Of a stretch of 61,279 bases of DNA, positions 57,405-61,279 are shown one piece after another. The stretch covers positions 1-61,279 of the IMG/VR virus record IMGVR_UViG_3300006925_000018. The stretch is one strand, 5' to 3'. The stretch is from a virus (Duplodnaviria; Caudoviricetes). The notes beneath the pieces are model-generated. The model was not told the DNA's origin. It saw only the letters and a list, made by a program, of their open reading frames with translations, and did no database searches. How positions within the stretch are numbered: the first letter of the stretch is position 1; every line of letters starts with the position of its first letter. The translations under genes and the position numbers were made by a program.

Positions 57405-58152
57405 AAACTTTTTAGTATTTAAAAATTATAATATCACAGACCATACAAAGTGGTATAACGATAGAACAAGTGAAGAAGGTCTGGTAGACAATTATAACGC
57501 AATGGAAAAGATTGCTACATCATCAGCACTTAAGAATGTTGAAGGCCTAAACGAAATTAAAGTGTTTAGGGGAGAAGCAACAGATATAAGAGAAGTCTTT
57601 AAAAAGAACTTTTATGAAATCTACGAGTTATGGCAACAAGGCAATAATATTTTATATGCTGATTTAGATGTTGTATTTACACAACCCACAAACTTCTTTT
57701 TAAGTGATAACATTTTTAGAATGTATAATCTCACTGATCCTGTAAAAACATCATGTGATCATTATAACGTACAGTTTGACGCATACTTCAATTGTGGTAT
57801 TAGATATTATCCCAAAGGCATGAGTCAGGATGTATGGGACTTGGGTATTGAAATGGTTGAAAATTGGAATCCAGAAAGATGGGATAGTGAACAAATTATA
57901 TATAATGCTATGCTGTGGAGTCAAGATATACAACCTAACGAAATATATCAACCACATCTTGCATACCAATGTTTACACAATCCGGCACTACTCGAAGGCA
58001 ATAGAATAAACAAACAGTTTAATCAGATAGATCTCAATGAAGCACAGGCTGTTCATGTACATGGAAGTAGAGGAAGTTCGGATAGATTAACCCTAATGGA
58101 AAACTTCGCGGAAGGTAAAATTCCGCAGTTAGAAGAAACCTTATTCTTATAA
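57397..58152 (+). CDS. Nucleotide-diphospho-sugar transferase-like protein (likely start 57397)
   Basis: LYADLDV, FNCG, SEQ, HVHG. Confidence 0.72.
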   Translation: MSKNFLVFKNYNITDHTKWYNDRTSEEGLVDNYNAMEKIATSSALKNVEGLNEIKVFRGEATDIREVFKKNFYEIYELWQQGNNILYADLDVVFTQPTNFFLSDNIFRMYNLTDPVKTSCDHYNVQFDAYFNCGIRYYPKGMSQDVWDLGIEMVENWNPERWDSEQIIYNAMLWSQDIQPNEIYQPHLAYQCLHNPALLEGNRINKQFNQIDLNEAQAVHVHGSRGSSDRLTLMENFAEGKIPQLEETLFL

Positions 58153-58274
58153 AATTTGTGGCGCCACATAACTTTATTAAGTCTGGACAGATATTGCAGT
58201 ACTCTTGTACTATGTAGCCTATTCTAAGAGGGAGGCAATATTTTATTTTGTTAGACTGAATTAAGTCTGTCCAT
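58151..58274 (-). ncRNA. Candidate structured late small RNA
   Basis: TGTAAATA motif at 58280-58287 (minus); nested stems; terminal TGTGGCGCCACA palindrome followed by AATTTT. Confidence 0.5.
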
Positions 58275-58338
58275 ACTAATATTTACAAGAAACGTCAAAA
58301 TTGACCGGAATATGGTATTTTTTAAGCCAAATTTACGG

Positions 58339-58366
58339 TTGACAAACAATTAAAACAGTATATAAT
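58339..58366 (+). promoter_or_regulatory. Sigma70-type promoter
   Basis: TTGACA-N16-TATAAT. Confidence 0.78.
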
Positions 58367-58385
58367 AGTACAAATAGGAAAAATT

Positions 58386-58673
58386 ATGTTATTAGAAAAA
58401 CCAATCAAAGACGGATCAATCGTTACAGTTAAGTTAAACAGTGGCGAGGAGTTAGTTGCTAGATTTGAAAGCGAAACAGATACTGAATTGAATATTTCAA
58501 AAGTTAGAACAGTTGCACACGGTCAAGAAGGCTTAGGTATTATCCCTTGGATGATGACAGCACAAAGTAACACAATTTCAATAAATAAATCAACAGTGGT
58601 TGCATATACACAAACTGATGCGGAAATATCCAAATCTTATCAACAAGCAAGTACTGATATAAAACTAGTTTAA
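58386..58673 (+). CDS. Sm/LSm-like domain protein
   Basis: GSIVTVKLNSGEELVARF (Sm1-like); ISINKSTVV (Sm2-like). Confidence 0.68.
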   Translation: MLLEKPIKDGSIVTVKLNSGEELVARFESETDTELNISKVRTVAHGQEGLGIIPWMMTAQSNTISINKSTVVAYTQTDAEISKSYQQASTDIKLV

Positions 58674-58706
58674 AAATAAGACTAGCCTCAAATTAGGGAG
58701 ACCAAA

Positions 58707-59306
58707 ATGAGACGAAACATATTTTTTAGTCTAATAGTATTGTTTGGTGTTACAGCATATTTCAATACTGAGTCAGAAGCAACGGTTGAAAGTCAGCGAC
58801 ACATCACAATAGACATACCTTTAATTCCAGAAAAAGCAATCGATGTAGACCAAATGCATTGCCTTGCAAGGAACATATATCATGAAGCACGTGGTGAATC
58901 TGTAAGAGGAAAATTTGCAGTTGCTCATGTAACATTGAATAGAGTATACAGCGAAAGATTCCCAAATACGGTTTGTGATGTGGTTTATCAATCGCACATG
59001 AGAGTAAATTGGAAAGGCGTATCAGTACCTAAAAGGCATAAGTGTCAATTTAGTTGGTACTGCGACGGTAAGAGCGATGCTATTGTTTTAAGAACTGCTG
59101 AAGGCAAAGTTATAAAGTACAATATGAATGCATGGGAAGAAAGCCTCAAGGTTGCAACTATGGTTCTTAAGCATGAGATACACGATACTACTAACGGTGC
59201 AACACATTATTTTAATGATAAGTTAGCAGATCCGTATTGGGCTGACCATTATGTAAGAGTTGCACAAATAGATAATCACGTTTTCCATAGAATGGATACA
59301 TACTAA
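58707..59306 (+). CDS. SleB-like cell wall hydrolase (Hydrolase_2)
   Basis: CLARNIYHEARGE, NRV, CQFSWYCDG, GATHY, HVF; N-terminal anchor. Confidence 0.92.
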   Translation: MRRNIFFSLIVLFGVTAYFNTESEATVESQRHITIDIPLIPEKAIDVDQMHCLARNIYHEARGESVRGKFAVAHVTLNRVYSERFPNTVCDVVYQSHMRVNWKGVSVPKRHKCQFSWYCDGKSDAIVLRTAEGKVIKYNMNAWEESLKVATMVLKHEIHDTTNGATHYFNDKLADPYWADHYVRVAQIDNHVFHRMDTY

Positions 59307-59374
59307 GGCGTTACTTTTTAGCAACATACGATAAATACTACTTTAACACACACTAATATGTAGGAGTAGTAGGT

Positions 59375-59863
59375 ATGTATGAATATAGATGTAGTGTCTT
59401 GAAAGTTGTTGATGGTGATACAGCGGACGTAGACATAGATTTAGGATTTGGAATAGTCCTTACAGATGAAAGAGTTAGGCTAATGGGTATTGATACACCA
59501 GAAAGCAGAACATCAGATAAAGTTGAAGATTTGTTTGGAGAGTTGGCAAAAGCAAGACTCAAAGAACTTATAGCAGGTAAGTCCGGACCTATTCTTAAAA
59601 CACAGATTAACAAAGACGGAGAAGATATGAAAGGTAAGTTTGGTCGTATCTTAGGTGACTTCGAAGTTGAAAAGAACGGTGAGAGAAGAATGGCAACAGA
59701 CGTGCTAATTGAAGAAGGACATGCAGTAGCATACTTCGGAGGTAGCAAAGACGAGATCGCGGCAAAACATTTAGTTAACAGAGATAAGTTATTGCGTGAA
59801 GGTTTAGTAAGTCAGGAAGACTTTGATAAAGCAGTAGCAATAATGGAAAAAAAGAATAGTTAA
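59375..59863 (+). CDS. Staphylococcal-nuclease-like protein
   Basis: VVDGDT, VRLMGIDTPE, KFGRILG. Confidence 0.9.
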   Translation: MYEYRCSVLKVVDGDTADVDIDLGFGIVLTDERVRLMGIDTPESRTSDKVEDLFGELAKARLKELIAGKSGPILKTQINKDGEDMKGKFGRILGDFEVEKNGERRMATDVLIEEGHAVAYFGGSKDEIAAKHLVNRDKLLREGLVSQEDFDKAVAIMEKKNS

Positions 59864-59875
59864 TTTTAATCGTAC

Positions 59876-59897
59876 ATGCCCAATTAACTTTGGGCAT
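59876..59897 (+). terminator. Hairpin upstream of bL33 (weak terminator or regulatory stem)
   Basis: ATGCCCAA-TTAACT-TTGGGCAT. Confidence 0.55.
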
Positions 59898-59917
59898 TTA
59901 CACTAACAAACAGAGAC

Positions 59918-60127
59918 ATGGCAAAAAGTAGTAGTAAAAAGAAAAACGTAACAGTATATCTTATCCCAGAATGTGAAACTAGAGATAGTCACACTTATCA
60001 TTATACAGCAGTTAAAACTAAAACATTAACACAGGAAAATAGGAAACTTAAAATGAAAAAGTATAATCCTGTTAAAAGAATCCACGAAATGTTTGTAGAA
60101 GCAAAACTGCCTAAACATCAGAAATAA
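59918..60127 (+). CDS. rpmG: Ribosomal protein bL33
   Basis: MAK...YHYTAVK...KLKMKKYNPVKRIHEMFVEAK. Confidence 0.85.
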   Translation: MAKSSSKKKNVTVYLIPECETRDSHTYHYTAVKTKTLTQENRKLKMKKYNPVKRIHEMFVEAKLPKHQK

Positions 60128-60149
60128 TCCAAAAAACCTAAAATAACAC

Positions 60150-60177
60150 TTGACAAAAGTCTAAATACCAGTATAAT
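60150..60177 (+). promoter_or_regulatory. Sigma70-type promoter with nested CTAAATA
   Basis: TTGACA-N16-TATAAT. Confidence 0.8.
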
Positions 60178-60204
60178 ATACTGACTAATTGTTTAGGAGA
60201 TAAA

Positions 60205-60693
60205 ATGAATTACAAATATGTAAGCACAAAAGAATACGTGGATCAGTTTCCAGTTGCATATCGCCAATGGAGAGCTGATAGTCACTGTAACATTATTCAT
60301 GGTTATAGTTTTAGCATGAAGTTTTACTTTGGTGCTAACGATCTAGATGTTCGTAACTGGGTAGCAGATTATGGCGGACTTAGAGATCTAAAAGGTTTTT
60401 TACAAGATCAATTTGATCATACGTTAATAGTAGCACAAGATGATCCTCATTTGGATTGGTATCAAGAAGCACACAAACGTGGTATTGCAAAAGTTGTAGA
60501 ACTTCCAAGTCTTGGTTGCGAATCATTAGCAGATCAAGTATACAAATATGTCAATGGAGTTTATATTCCAGACATGTGGGGGCCTTCAGAAGCAGAACGT
60601 CTATGGTGTTTTAGAGTGGAAGTTCGTGAAACACAAACTAACATGGCGTACAGAGAAGGTCACAGAGAAGATAACGAAGACTTATTTTCTTAA
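60205..60693 (+). CDS. queD: 6-pyruvoyl-tetrahydropterin synthase / QueD-like protein
   Basis: CNIIHGY, FDHT, CESLA, VRET. Confidence 0.88.
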   Translation: MNYKYVSTKEYVDQFPVAYRQWRADSHCNIIHGYSFSMKFYFGANDLDVRNWVADYGGLRDLKGFLQDQFDHTLIVAQDDPHLDWYQEAHKRGIAKVVELPSLGCESLADQVYKYVNGVYIPDMWGPSEAERLWCFRVEVRETQTNMAYREGHREDNEDLFS

Positions 60694-60812
60694 AAAAAGT
60701 GTGTAGCAGAGTGTAACTTTTCCCGGGTGCCCGGGTGTTTACTGCACTATAAAACTTAGAACATAATTTGCAAGGCTACTGATCAACGCCTATAAACCGA
60801 TCAGTGAAGAAT

Positions 60813-60940
60813 GAGAGATGCACGAATGGTATTTCGTAAATTGGGTTTGGAAAAGGCTAATTAGAGTAGACTCCGGCTTATCCCGGATAAAACAGATTGA
60901 GCGGCCCCTGTAAAAATTCCCTAAGTGTACCGTATCTCTT
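60813..60940 (+). ncRNA. Candidate rod-shaped structured RNA upstream of tRNA cluster
   Basis: Five nested helices closed by GAGAGATGC/GTATCTCTT. Confidence 0.5.
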
Positions 60941-60945
60941 TGTGT

Positions 60946-61020
60946 GCCCCGTTCGTCTAGTGGTTAGGACACATGGTTTTCATCCATGCAACAGGAGTTC
61001 GATTCTCCTACGGGGTACCA
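60946..61020 (+). tRNA. tRNA-Glu(UUC)
   Basis: CATGG-TTTTCAT-CCATG; GTTCGA; CCA. Confidence 0.96.
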
Positions 61021-61027
61021 TGTTTAG

Positions 61028-61102
61028 GCGGATGTAGTATAACGGCTATTATGAGACCTTGCCAAGGTTTAGATCCGAGTTCGATTCTCGGCATCCGCTC
61101 CA
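61028..61102 (+). tRNA. tRNA-Gly(GCC)
   Basis: GCGGATG/CATCCGC; AGACC-TTGCCAA-GGTTT; CCA. Confidence 0.96.
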
Positions 61103-61110
61103 GTAGTAAT

Positions 61111-61185
61111 GGTCTGGTAGTTAAACGGTTATAATTCCGCCCTGTCACGGCGGCGTTCGGGGTTCGATTCCCCGTCAGACCGCCA
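61111..61185 (+). tRNA. tRNA-Asp(GUC)
   Basis: CCGCC-CTGTCAC-GGCGG; CCA. Confidence 0.96.
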
Positions 61186-61189
61186 TTAC

Positions 61190-61279
61190 GGAGAGTTGGC
61201 TGAGCGGCTTAAAGCACTTCCCTGCTAAGGAAGAGTACGGGTAACTGTACCGAGAGTTCGAATCTCTCACTCTCCGCCA
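61190..61279 (+). tRNA. tRNA-Ser(GCU)
   Basis: GGAGAGT/ACTCTCC; CTTCC-CTGCTAA-GGAAG; long variable arm; CCA. Confidence 0.96.

Noticed and set aside
58251-58274. MDRLNSV as an attenuator leader peptide
   Set aside because: No downstream gene on that strand to regulate; kept only as part of the sRNA candidate
60860-60890. RNase P RNA (CTCCGGCTTATC resembles the 3' strand of P4)
   Set aside because: No GAGGAAAGTCC partner in the non-coding stretch, and too little space
60694-60945. tmRNA or degenerate tRNA
   Set aside because: No T-loop/acceptor-CCA element or tag reading frame recognised
1-61279. Bacterial chromosome or eukaryotic giant virus origin
   Set aside because: T4-like helicase, PAAR, SleB and late motifs with sigma70 promoters and SD sites; metabolic genes are isolated rather than in cellular operons

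Overview
AT-rich, gene-dense 61-kb fragment of a large lytic dsDNA phage with T4-like features, probably marine and infecting a proteobacterium (inferred from gene content; the host is not proven). It holds replication genes (ATP-dependent ligase, primase, SF4 helicase, a 189-aa mini DnaE-like protein), class Ia nrdAB-glutaredoxin and six tRNAs. Auxiliary genes include glyA, Cu/Zn SOD, a desaturase, peptide deformylase, an HD (p)ppGpp hydrolase, a GH6 glucanase, uvsE, bL33 and queD. No CRISPR array, rRNA or IS element was seen. Four patterns go beyond gene calls. (1) About a dozen late proteins share an N-terminal M-[KRLF]-[IFL]-x-[ED]-[VIFL] tag, often followed by [ILV]-x-E sites like T4 capsid-targeting/gp21 cleavage signals; the largest look like multi-enzyme polyproteins, and a PolX-like + ligase-like pair is also tagged. 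(2) A late-promoter motif nnTAAATA lies exactly 5 nt before the ATG of 10 genes, implying leaderless late mRNAs. (3) A structured late RNA carrying an anti-Shine-Dalgarno-like CCUCCCU is divergent from an Sm/Hfq-like gene. (4) A second rod-shaped RNA candidate precedes the tRNA cluster. All calls come from reading motifs by eye; no database search was run.
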